Origin: Octopus sinensis
Taxonomy: Eukaryota
Direction of reading: 5' to 3'
DNA length: 64,000 nucleotides
Assembly: GCF_006345805.1 (NCBI RefSeq)
Contig: NC_043005.1
Span: forward strand, 67,704,001 to 67,768,000
In this document: positions 1 to 11,399 of the stretch, in pieces
How positions within the stretch are numbered: the stretch's first letter is position 1
Layout: every line of letters starts with the position of its first letter
Made by a program: the position numbers and the translations under genes
Notes under the pieces: model-generated
What the model saw: only the letters and a program-made list of their open reading frames with translations
Told to the model about the DNA's origin: nothing
The model's database searches: none

Positions 1-915
1 GGCAAGATTCTCGAGAAATACAAGGAAGTCAGTATTCAGTAAATCCATTTCTACTCTGTGTTATAAAGCTGCAGATTTTGCGGCTTGGGGAGGTACATTC
101 AGTTATATGGACCCCATACTTTATTAGTCCTTAGTGCAGTCACTGTGGAAATAAGAAAGACTAGGTCGGACTCGGTGAAGATTAAACACATATCAGCAAC
201 GACGTGAATCATGAAATTCTTTTTCCATCGACACCGAGTATTAGTCTGCTTATAGACGATACTGTCGACATGTTGTGATCTTCGTTACTTTTCTTAGAAT
301 AGAAACATAATCATCGTTTTCACTTGTCAGATGATTATCTTTTGCCTCACAGTACTCAACATGAATGAAACTAAATAATTAAAGGAAACCTGCGGCATCA
401 GACATGCTCGTCATTTTTATTTAATTGGTATTCAATCAGTACGTCAAGCAAAATCATAATTACAAACCATAATTTACTAACCGCCAGAATTTATTTACAG
501 ATCAGTAGTAGAATTTAACGAATATACTGCAACCAATTACAGCCAGTTCACTCACCTCCCAACCTTTTAACTGACGTCTGTTTCCCCACAGATCGTTAAC
601 TCACTTCTAGTAACTGATGTCGCCAAATACTGATTTAACCAACTCTATAACTGTTATGACATGCTGATCATGTGCTCATTTAGTGGACATACACAACTAT
701 AATCACTGTTATAAGTATTAACTACTTCAAAATCTATTAAGCCAGATTGCTTAGCTTCAATCAGTTCGTTAACTATGAATCCAAATACATATAGATATGT
801 ACGTACGTATGTATGAATGTCTGTAAATATTTATGTATACATGTATGTATGCATATCTTTATATATGTGTGTGCATAACGAGAGACACACAGACAGACAG
901 ATACATACATATATT

Positions 916-971
<56 letters not shown>

Positions 972-1012
972 CAGACATACAGACAAACAGACAGACAGAC
1001 AGACAGATAGAT
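916..1012. repeat. (AGAT)n/(AGAC)n microsatellite
   Basis: Direct reading; explains the IYLS/SIYL ORFs 773-1108. Confidence 0.95.
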
Positions 1013-1039
1013 AGAGAGGGGGGAGGGAGATGCACTAGC

Positions 1040-1270
1040 ACTTTGACAGTTACTACGAGGGTTCCAGTTGATCCGATCAACAGAACAGCCTGCCCGCGTA
1101 ATTAACATGCATGATGTATGAACCCTTTACAGACACGTACCCTTAACGTATTTCTCAGCGAGATTCACCGTGACACAGAGGTACTACTCATTTCTTTGCC
1201 AGCTGAAAGAACTGGAACAATATGAAATAGTGTCTTGTTCAAGGACTCAGCACGTTGCCGGGAATTCCCG
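1040..1270 (-). mobile_element. tRNA-derived SINE, 5'-truncated/degenerate
   Basis: Contains the tactcatttc..gccagctga..ctgga..tgaaata..gtgtcttg..caagga block shared with SINE copies at 30888-31131, 39500-39852 and 48647-49165. Confidence 0.7.
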
Positions 1271-1503
1271 GTGAGATAGATATACATATGCATATATACA
1301 TAATACAAAATTTAGATATATACGTAGAATTAGATTAGTGTGTTTAAATGTTCAGTAGAGCACCGGCACAGTTTGGGCTAACTGTTGCCATCCGTAGTTG
1401 TGGTACACTTCCATTGGATTTACTTCAAAAACTTCACAGTGGATGGGCATATAACAACAAGCCAGCCGACACAAAAAATATCTAGTGAGACTTCATTATC
1501 AAT

Positions 1504-1556
1504 GTACCTGAAGATATCCAGACTTATGGGTCGAAACATATGTTGTACCCAATAAA
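1504..1556 (+). ncRNA. Type I hammerhead ribozyme motif (Penelope-type), followed by AATAAA
   Basis: GUAC-CUGAAGA-U-AUCCA(GACUUA)UGGGU-C-GAAAC(AUAU)GUU^GUAC. Stem I is GUAC/GUAC, stem II is 5 bp and stem III is 2 bp plus a tetraloop. Predicted cleavage after 1544; AATAAA at 1551-1556. The 10.1:11.1 pair is a mismatch, so it may be decayed. Confidence 0.65.
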
Positions 1557-1621
1557 TGTCTAATACGAAATCCTTCTCCTACTATCAATTAATGCTATGC
1601 ATGTACATGATATATATATAT

Positions 1622-2300
1622 GGGGAGAATTCACAAAAATACAAAAGACGAAGACAGGTGGTGTAGACAACAAACAGATGTATTAGAGATGTATTAGTTT
1701 AACGCTCGGGAAGTGAAAATGTCTTTACCGTTTCGAGCCTACGCTCTTCCACAGAAAAGAACATAGAAAGAAACAAGGTGAGAAAATAAGTAATGTGTAG
1801 TGGCTAGCGATCTATCATGGCGAATGCCGGACAGACTAGTCATACAGGAGAGCTAGGAATAAGGGGAGATAATGAAGTAGTGGTGATCCCAAAACGAAGG
1901 TGCGCGTGCGTATAAGAGAGCAAGTATGTGCGTGTGGAGGAAGGCTAGTGACCTTCACATGTGCGTGTGTGTATGTGTAGGTGTGTGGATGTGGGGCTGG
2001 GAAGTGGTCAGTGTTAGTGAGTGCGTGGTGATGTGATGTGATGTGATGTGGTGTTGTGTGGTATGGCGGTGTATGATGTCGTGGTGTGTGGTGTGGGGTG
2101 ATGCTGTTGGGATGTGGTGGAGGCGAGAGTGGGGAAAGCAAGGGTGGGGTGTGGGTTAGGCTGAGGGTGGGGTAGAGGTGGGATAAGTGGGTAGGCTGAG
2201 GGTGGGTTAGAGGTGGGGTAGGGATGGGGTGTGTGGGAGTAGGTGCAAGAGACAGGGTGTAGTGGGATGGGATGGGATGGATAGTGAAGGTGGGGTTGGA
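1622..2300 (-). mobile_element. Non-autonomous Penelope-like repeat with GT-rich low-complexity body
   Basis: 1622-1830 is homologous to 48123-48300 (gagaattcacaaaaa..caaacagatgtattagttt..cgtttcgag.ctacgctcttc.acagaaa..agtggctagcg.tctatcatggcgaatgccg). Abuts (TA)n and carries a hammerhead-like motif. The right boundary is approximate. Confidence 0.5.
1723..1759 (-). ncRNA. Degenerate minimal hammerhead-like motif (A6U, cleavage triplet lost)
   Basis: Minus strand CUUUU-CUGUGGA-A-GAGC(GUAG)GCUC-GAAAC-GGU-AAAG. Stem II is perfect; the core has U at position 6 and GGU replaces NUH. Confidence 0.35.
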
Positions 2301-2307
2301 TTGTGTA

Positions 2308-3065
2308 GGTCCACTTTGCCTTTCATCCTTTCATGTCGATAAATTTAGTACTTGTGAAACATTGGGGTCTAGGTGATCGACTAGTTTCCTCGCCGAAATT
2401 TTCTGGCCTTGTGCCTTCAGTAGAAAGAATTATGAAGGAAGGCGGTGGGCGGGCAGAATCGCTAGCTCGCCAGCTGACATGCTAAGCGGATTGACGTCCG
2501 TCGTTACTCTCTGAGTTCAAGTTTCACCGAGTTTGACTTTGCCATTCATCTTTTCGGGATCGACGAAAAAAGTACCAGTTGATTACTAGGGTTGATGTAA
2601 TCAACTAGTTCTGTGCCCCCAATTTCAAGTCTTGTGCCTATAGTAGAAAGGGTTATTATTATTATGAACCATTGCTAGCACGCCGGACAAAATGCTTAAC
2701 GACATTTAGTCCGTCATTACGTTCTGAGTTCAAATCCTGCTGAGGTCTACTTTGTCTTTCATTATTTCGGGATCGATAAAATAAGTACCAGCTGACCTCT
2801 GCGGTTGATGTAATCTAGTAATTCCGTTTAAAACCACTGGTCTTGTGCCAAAACTTTAATCCATTAAAGGCAGTGAGTCGGCGGAATCGTTAGTATGCCG
2901 GACAAGTTACTTAACGGCATTTCTTACGTTCTGAGTTTAAATGCAACCGAGTTCGACTTTCGTCCCTTCAGGGTCAATAAAATAACGTACCAGTTAAGTA
3001 CTGGAGTCGATGCAATCGACTATCCCGTGCTCACAAAATCTAGACCCCTTGCCTATAGCAAAGAA
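2308..3065 (+). mobile_element. Head-to-tail cluster of about four SINE copies (aaggcggcgagctggcagaatcg..gttctgagttcaaat..gactttgcctttcatcc family)
   Basis: The block ttctgagttcaaat..actttg(c/t)ctttcat..tcggg.tcgataaaataagtaccag recurs about every 200 nt. Confidence 0.8.
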
Positions 3066-3757
3066 TCATTATTGTTTTGAAGACGCAATTTTTCAAGTTA
3101 CAAGTGTTAGTTTTAAGTACTTAGTTTCCCGAGAAGACCGGAAACGTGAAATTTTTTTGTAGGTGTTAAGTTTCCGCTTCAAAGAAATATACGAAAATGT
3201 TTCTACGCTGAACTTTTCCACCTACCTTGTAATCACAAGTGTATATCTAAATTCATACATATACAAATATGTGTGCTTGTGTGTATATATGTATGCATAT
3301 ATGTAAACACACATGCTAACACTACACATACACACATGTACACACTGGTTTATTGATTGAAAAAGAAACTTTCTCTGCGTCACCCATCCATTTCTTATTT
3401 ATCACAACGAAAAAGAGTAAGCAGAAATACTTAACTTCTAGTAAGATTTTTAATATACTTCTTTTCGTATATAAACACACTTGCTTATATATTATATTTT
3501 ATAGTATATATATGCCTAATGTCAAATTTTTTCCAAGTTTCTATGATGTCTGAAACTTTTGTGATTCTGCTTATTGATAATTTTAATTCGTCACATCAGA
3601 AAATAAAATACTCTTTTTTTTTTTTATTTGCTTCATATACTATCGTGCAATACTCAATTGATATACAACACATAAAGCAGAGGTAATTCTATCAGATATG
3701 CATTTATTTCGGCAATATCCTATGTAGATATAAGTGTATGGGTGGGTACATGCACAC

Positions 3758-4187
3758 GTCTCTCTCTCTCTCTCTCTCTCACTCTCTCTCTCTCTCTCTC
3801 TCTCACTTTCCCTCTATATGTATATATATTTATATATCTATATGTGTATGTATATATACACATACACATATATATATACATATGAGCGTGTATGTGCGTA
3901 TGTATGTATGTATATGTATGCGTGTGAGTATTTGTGCGTATAAGAATGTATAATATGTAGATATGATTATGTACATTTAGTAAATAGACGTGCGCTCTTA
4001 TTTACAAAAAGAGACTCCCAAAGTGCAACATCTGTTTCAAAACAGGATTTCACATCAATTCTTGCAAAGAATTCAATGATTGTATGTGTATATGTGTGTG
4101 TATGTATGTATATATATATATATATAAGTATATATGCATATATGTGTGCGAGTGCGTTTGTATGTGAACATATATATATGTGTATGT

Positions 4188-4268
<81 letters not shown>

Positions 4269-4305
4269 ATATATAATGTATATATGTATGTATGTACGTA
4301 TGTAT
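3758..4305. repeat. Compound (CT)n, (TA)n, (GTAT)n microsatellites
   Basis: Direct reading. Confidence 0.9.
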
Positions 4306-5149
4306 TGGATTTCTCTCCTTTACAGTTGTGTGCCATTTTCAGGTGTTCAGATAATCTGTGAAATGTTAGTTTCTTCTTATCTAAGTCATTTGTGATTAAA
4401 GATATCCGCGAGACATTCTCTCGCATAAAAATCTTATTTCTTTTTTGTTTGTTTTTTTTTATATCGAGGCTGATTTCTTTTCTTTTTCCTGTTTTGGCAA
4501 TACATTTGATTCTCCTTATATACCTCTTTACTGCAGGTGTAACTTATTTAAGATTTTAAAATTAGTTTTCCTTATAAAATTGGAAAATATTGAAAAACGT
4601 ATCTGATGAAAAGATTAAGCTTTTAAATGTTTCATCCAACACTATATGTATGATTTGGTTCAGAGGTATTAAACAAAAGTGTACACGTACTTTATAGGGA
4701 AATTCATATATATATATATCGACTACATTCACACATACGCGTGCAGACAAGCACACACACACACACACTATATTTTCATGTTTCCGCAGAGTGCATCAGA
4801 TAATGCATATAAGATAATAGTGTTCAATTTAAAATATGTATCTACATTTTTCAATACAAAATAAAGAATTTATAATCAAAGTTAGGCGTAGATGTAAAAA
4901 TAGGAATGAAACGGCATGTTGAGGAAGGAGAACGAAGATTAAAAATAAAAAATAATATACTTAAATGTTTTGTATATCGCCACAAACATGCGTAAGCAAA
5001 TGCTTTGTTCAACTTCTTTAAACCTTTTCCATTATAAAGTTTAGCTTCAAATCTTTAGAAAAATAAATATAATGCTGCAGTTGAGAGATGCATTTAAAAA
5101 CAGGATGCATTTCTATGTATGCATGTGTAAATAATTCTGTCAAATTTTG

Positions 5150-5310
5150 GAACCAGGCTAGCAATTATAGGGAGAGATGGTAGTCGATAATATCGACCCC
5201 CGTTTGACTGTTTGTTATTTTATCCACATCGTAAGGAAAGACAAAGCTGACTTCAATGAAATTTGAACCAAGAATGTAAACAGCCGAAATATTTTGCTAG
5301 CTCACCGCTT
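5150..5310 (-). mobile_element. Degenerate SINE (same family as 2308-3065)
   Basis: gtcgataatatcgacccc..ttttatccac..aaggaaagacaaagctgacttc..atttgaac matches the reverse complement of the family core. Confidence 0.55.
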
Positions 5311-5523
5311 TTTTGTATGTTATAAATAAATGAAATGACAGCAAAGTGCACAACATGGAAAAGGAAAAAAAAACTCTCGCTATTAAATCATCACATTCAA
5401 CTCAGTGATTGTAAATATGACTACAAGCTTGAAATACAGAGAGGAATACGAGAAGAAAATTTCCAGGAAAATACAAAGTGATACAGTTTAATGGGAAAAG
5501 ATGTAGATTTTCGACTACGCACG

Positions 5524-5575
5524 GAACAAACAAACAGACAGACAGACAGACAGGCAGGCAGACAGACAGACAGAC

Positions 5576-5611
<36 letters not shown>

Positions 5612-5612
5612 G

Positions 5613-5708
<96 letters not shown>
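5524..5708. repeat. (AGAC)n/(AGAT)n microsatellite
   Basis: Direct reading. Confidence 0.95.
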
Positions 5709-5709
<1 letters not shown>

Positions 5710-7112
5710 GTAAAGTAATCAATTAAAAGAGTTGTTAGAATGCCGAATAGCTAGCTGTCTTCGGAGCAATCGCTCTTGCTCTCTGTGTCCTGAGTTCAAA
5801 TCCTTCCTTTTCATTGCTTACCTGTTGTTAAACAAAGTACCTGTGCTGTGCTAAGTTCGGTTCCTTTCTTTTCCTCGCTCTAATTTTTGTCTACAAGTGT
5901 TTCTTTCTGGGAGAAATTGGCTGTGGCCAGACTTTAGGATTTATTCCCTCTGCCAATTCTAAAATTACCCTAAACATAACATGCGACTACAAGGAGCTGT
6001 GGACACAAGGTTAGACAAATATAAATACAATCAGTGGACTTATTTCTTAGACATATGCTTAATGAATGACATTTCAAGCACATATGCGGTTTTACCAGAT
6101 CCCGAAGGATCAGTCTTGTCTCCATTACAGGAGGTAGTGTTTAAACACAGAAAGCACGACTCAATATTACCCAAAGATCCTATTTTATTTCTGACCCTAA
6201 AGGGATGTAACGTAAATTTAAACAAAGCAGAATGGCACTCCAGAACAAATATCACGAAGAATTCTCCCTTATGCTCTATTACCTCCGTCAATTTGATGGC
6301 CATTTTTATGAAAGAAATATAATTTCTGGAAACATGACAGAGAGTGTGTTGCCAAATTTAATATGCTACCATTTTTACTGTTTCCCTATACTTTTTTTAA
6401 AATTCACATTCTGGAAAAATCTCAAAATGCCTTCTATTTCTGCAAAATGAATTCTATGTGAATACACTGTATGCTAATAATTGCTAACGGGCCGTCACAA
6501 ATTAGGAATTCCAACACCAGATATTTTGTCTCCTAAGTTGAATGGTTGAATTGCCTTTCATTTTGTGCTTGCGAATGTGTGACGGGGTTTGTTCAAAGCC
6601 TGTAGAAATATGTTTAAATGCCACAGTTCCTAATAACTCTCTTTCAATTAAATAAAGACTACTTTCGTCTGTCTAATATATATTTATAGAATTTTACGTG
6701 CAATTTATATATTTCTCCCATCAATCCATACTTTGCTTTTAATACTATAATATTTTTAAGAGTAGATTGGCAGAATTGTGGGGACGTCAGACAACATATC
6801 CCCTGTATTTCTTTAGCATGTCATTTTCTGAGTTCATCTACCACTGGAGCTGATAAAACAAGGACAGGGTCAACATAATGACAATATACTCCTACAAAAA
6901 TGTATGATCGAGCTTGTGTGAGAAATTAATATTGTAGGTATTTATGAGACCAAGCGCACTTGATAGTGACTTACATTAGCTTCTTGCATCATTAATCATT
7001 CTAAATTCAAATGCTGCGGCAGTTAAGCTTGCTTTTCATCGTTTCCGGATAGATAAAATAAAGCCTTTTGACTATCTGCGAAGTGAGTATTGTAACTTTA
7101 CTTTCAAATTTC

Positions 7113-7507
7113 CCCAGGCGTGGCTCTGAGGTAAAAAGCTTTCTTACCAACCATATGGTCACAGGTTTAGTTCCACTGCGTGGCACCTTGGGCAAGTGTC
7201 TTCTTCTATAGACTTGGGCTGACCAAATCTTTGTGAGTTTAGTAGACGGAAACTGAAAGAGGCACGGTGTGTATATGTGTGTGTGTGTGTGTCCGTGTTT
7301 GTCTCTGTGTTTGTCCACACCACCGTTTGGCAACCGGTGTTCATGAGTTTACGTCCCCGTAATCTAGCGGTCCAGCATAAGAGACTGAGGGAATACATTC
7401 TGGGTTTTAAAATAATATGTTCTGGAGTCGATTTATTTGATTAAAAACGCTTCAAGGATGGCCGCAGTCAAAATGATTGAAATAAATAGAATATAAAAGA
7501 TAAAAGA
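7113..7507 (+). mobile_element. Abundant SINE with central CA/TG microsatellite
   Basis: accaaccatatgg..ttccactgcgtggcaccttgggcaagtgtcttc..gtagacggaaactgaaaga..(TG)n..gtccccgtaa..tagcgg..ggccgcagtca..tga.tgaaa; same family as 18857, 20827, 32478, 37075, 40402 and 53211. Confidence 0.85.
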
Positions 7508-7619
7508 TTGTTGCTCAATCTTCCAATTAATAAAAAAAAAAGTATTACTTATATATTGTTGATTTAATCGACCGTGACTTTCCTTCACAAGTATCACTGT
7601 GTATTATGGTGAAAAATAA

Positions 7620-7797
7620 ATATTATTGATTTCGAATTTTCCCACAAGGTCAGCAACTTTGAGACAAGGGATAAGTCGATTACTGGTACTTATTTTAGCA
7701 AAACCGCCAGAATTTGAATTCTGAACGTAAAGTTAGAAAAAAATGCTACTAAGCACTTTTTCCGGTACAGTGACGATTCTGCCAGTTCGCTGCCTTA
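7620..7797 (-). mobile_element. SINE (family of 2308-3065)
   Basis: aatttgaattctgaacgtaa..ctaagca..gattctgccagttcgctgcctt is the reverse complement of the family head. Confidence 0.75.
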
Positions 7798-8001
7798 AAT
7801 ATAAATATTAAAATGATGAAATGGGGAAAAAATGCGGTGTGTTTGATGGAACGCCATGCTGTAATTAGAAATTCAAATCTCGTTTGATGGGGTTACATCT
7901 GAGATAGAGAAAAAGAGAGGGAGAGATCTGTTTGACCGGAGCACCCGCCTTTCATGTGGAATATTCCACGTTATATTGATTTATAATATAAACACTAGAT
8001 T

Positions 8002-8144
8002 TCTGAGTTCAAATTCCGCCGAGGTCGACTTTGCCTTTCATCCTTCCGTGGAAAATAAATTAAGTACCAGTTGAGCATTGGGGCCGATGTAATCGATTTA
8101 CCCTTTTTCCTGAAATTGCCGGCCTTGTGCCCAAATCTGGAACC
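8002..8144 (+). mobile_element. 5'-truncated SINE with 17-bp target-site duplication
   Basis: aatataaacactagatt at 7985-8001 and 8145-8161 flanks tctgagttcaaattccgccgaggtcgactttgcc... Confidence 0.9.
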
Positions 8145-8691
8145 AATATAAACACTAGATTAAATATTTGGGGGAAAGGCATCATCTCTTATTATAAAAG
8201 GCAGATTTTATCTGCCTCCCTTTGGGAGTTATACAAATCTACAATATAGGATTTCTTCAATTACAATTTACCTAGCATTTTTAAGAGTAGAATGCATCGC
8301 GTCATACCAGGTCCAGTTTTTAAAATTTAAACTCCAATTAAGCAAAATTTACAGAAAACTCACATTCTGGTGTGTGTGTCAAATGCTTTTCTTAGTCTGG
8401 TTTACACCACACGCAAACGCACACACAGTGGGCAACGAATAAAATGAAAGTAATTCACTTACTGTAGTGAGTGATTCTTTCACTCTGCATCCCACTTCCT
8501 CTTTCCACACATAGACACGCAAATATATAAATAAAATTGTAAGCTAACGTGCGTGTGTGTGAGTGTGTGTGTGTGTGTGTGTGCGCGTGTGTGTGTGTGT
8601 GAGGGTGCGTGTGTGTGTGTGCGTGTGCGTGAGTGTGTGACAGGAAAGTTTTTTACGACGAATATAACACCTATATCCAAGTAGCAGAAAG

Positions 8692-8956
8692 ATAAGACAG
8701 TAAGGTGTGATTTGAGGGAGATTTGGCTGCTATTTCTACCATGTCTAGCTGCCATGTAGGGGTCTCCCTCATAGGCTCATACATACATATATACATAGAT
8801 AAGACAGTAAGGTGTGATTTGGGGGAAATTTGGCTGCTATTTCTACCAGGTCTAGCTACCATGTAGAGGTCCCCCTCATTGGCTCATATATATATACATA
8901 CATAAGACAGTAAGGTGTGATTTGAGGGAGATTTGGCTGCTGTTTCTACCAGGTCT
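8692..8956 (+). repeat. Tandem repeat, ~105-nt unit x2.5
   Basis: ataagacagtaaggtgtgatttg starts at 8692, 8799 and 8902. Confidence 0.9.
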
Positions 8957-9317
8957 GTTAGGCCTTCTCATGTAAACTCAAGCTTTCTCATGCCTTGAAC
9001 ATAAGACCAAAGCAGAGAATGTATTCTTTTATTCTTCTGCTTTTTCCAGCCATTGGTCTGTGGCCATGCTGGGGCAATGCCTTGAAGAATTGTAGTTTAA
9101 TGAATCAACTCCAGTTTTATTTTTGTAAGCATTGTACTTATTCTATCTGTTTCCTTTGTCAAACCACTAGGTGACAGGGATGTAAACAAACCAACATTCG
9201 TTGTCAAGCAGTGGTGGAGGACAATCACAAGCACAGACACGCACACACACACACATACATGCATACACATATACACACATACATACATACATATATATAT
9301 ATGTGTGTATATATATA

Positions 9318-9576
9318 TTGCAGCGTGGAAGGTGTTTGTAAGCCATTTAAGAAACACACAAAAACCGTTACATTCACTTCAACATTTAAATTTAATTTGC
9401 CAAAATATTTTCGTCGCTTTGAGACCACGACCTGTTCACTGACAAAAATATCGTGCTAACAGGTCGCGGTCTCAAAGCGACGAAAATATTTTGACAAATT
9501 AAATTTAAATGTTGAAGTGAATCTAACGGTTTTTGTGTGTTTCTTAAATGGCTTATAAAAACCTTCAACGCTGCAA
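9318..9576. repeat. Near-perfect inverted repeat, 119-bp arms and 21-nt spacer (Penelope-like inverted terminus)
   Basis: 9318-9436 is the reverse complement of 9458-9576 with a few mismatches. Confidence 0.95.
9396..9446 (-). ncRNA. Minimal type I hammerhead with G3:C8 swapped core pair
   Basis: UUUGUCA-GUGAACA-G-GUCGU(GGUCUCAAA)GCGAC-GAAA-AUAUUU^UGGCAAA. Stem I 7 bp, stem II 5 bp, palindromic minimal stem III; core GUGAACA equals CUGANGA with C3G plus G8C. Confidence 0.6.
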
Positions 9577-9648
9577 ATGTTTTCGTTCCAGCACACGATC
9601 TCAGATCAAGTCACTTGCTATGCAAGTACATCTCTGTAACTATATATA

Positions 9649-9681
<33 letters not shown>

Positions 9682-9742
9682 GTAAAAACAGTAAGATAAC
9701 AAAAGAAAGAAAGAGACCTCAATATTATGTAAATAGAGGAAA

Positions 9743-10135
9743 TCTTTATATATAAAAGTGAGGTTGTGTGTCTGTCTCCTACGATTTAGATTCCTAACTA
9801 CTCCCACATTTTGCGTTGCAGTTTAACAAAACCGGGTATCTTATAGTCGTGATTCATATCGAGACCGTCTGGGTATTAGCGCGCGTCTACGATGAGTCTA
9901 CGATTTTAAAAAAAAATTACCATCATTTTTCCCATTTTTAATCCATTTTTGACATATATAAGGGAAGTAACTCTCTAAAATTTATTATTAAATCTCAGAA
10001 CGTAAAAAGCTACAGTAACACCCCTCCCCCTTTGTGGTTAGCCATATTGAGATGGCTATTATACTTTACATCTCTAAAAATGCTTATATAATTATTTCCC
10101 TTACAAACCCGAGCAACGCCGGGCGATACTGCTAG
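9743..10135 (+). mobile_element. Non-autonomous Helitron
   Basis: Starts A|TCTTTATATATAAAAG, ends with hairpin CCCG-AGCAACGC-CGGG followed by CTAG|T, with no TSD. These are canonical Helitron termini. Confidence 0.8.
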
Positions 10136-11399
10136 TCGTTTATATTTGTCCAAATATTTAGTATTAGATTCTTCCCTCAACAACAGAAGAATAAAAGCTA
10201 AAATTCATCTCACCGTTTCAGATGTTAAAGAGTCCTATTTAAATACTACAAGGCATTTTGGCAGGCCTTCAACGTCTCTACCAATTTGGCTTCCTCTTAG
10301 TATCCCAAGTATTCCGCAATTAAATTTTCCCTTTGCCTAGTAATTACATGAATTGATACTCGGAAAATTAACGTCCAACAGAAATAGACAGCAAAATAAC
10401 TCATTTGATTTGAAGTCAAGCTCTACGAACTTGTGTTCCAATAATTCATCCAATCAACTACTTTATCTTGAAAATTTTGAGTAAAATTTAAAATGTAATT
10501 TAAGTAAGATTTTGTTTCTTTCATTTGCGTTTTGCTGTTTAGGAATGTTCATTATTAAATATGAATTGGGAACATATCCTTTTTAGTCAATCAATTATTC
10601 AGCCCCTTATCCTTTTAATGTCAATATACAAAACAATTAACCTGGAATATTTGCAGTGATATTGGATTTTATTACTTTTATTTTTAATATTATTATTATT
10701 CTCCATTAATTCATTTTTTTAGTTCAACTTGACACAGGCAATTGAATTTGATTTAGAAAATTGGTTTTCTATTCCACGCTCAGAATTAATTTTAAAACTA
10801 ACAGAACTATTTTCTCTAAAGTAGTGTTTTTTTCTATGTCTTCTTTATTATTTTATCTTGTCATTGTTCTCATTTAATTGATTATTTGTTTCCATTATAT
10901 TTCTGCAATGTTTGTTTTGCGCTCTTTGTTTCTCTGATATTTTTCTTCCGTGTTGACATTTTTGCGTTCCCATTGACTTCCATATTTCTACATAAAATGT
11001 GTTTCCCTTCCTCTGTTCCCCTTTGAATTCCTAACAACTTCCCTTTGTCTCTATCTCACGCTAGTTCTCTTAGATTTTCATTACATATTTTTTACAGCAC
11101 TCCGGCAATTTCGCGTACCTAACATTACTTTTAGTAGTTGTATTCTCATACAAAATTCTCCTACATTCACTTTCCAAAAATCCTTTCCCATCCTCAGTCT
11201 TAATTTTTACAATTATCCGGTAATTTCTCACCCACTATTGTTGTTTCGCTTCCCCATACACTCTCGGCAAATGTAAACCAAATTTTAACTCGCTTACTCC
11301 GATTGTTTGCCTCTCGCTATATTTAATATTCTCATAACTTCATTCTGATCTTGACTAATCAGATCAATATTCTGAATCCCATATGGAAATCCAATAGCA

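Noticed and set aside
5981-6450. ORFs of 113 and 87 aa in non-repetitive sequence
   Set aside because: No recognisable domain; only a faint GDFN-like resemblance (GCNVNL), so possibly a LINE relic but unsupported.
8692-8956. Tandem repeat as a CRISPR-like array
   Set aside because: Eukaryotic context, units are contiguous near-identical copies without unique spacers, and there are no cas genes.
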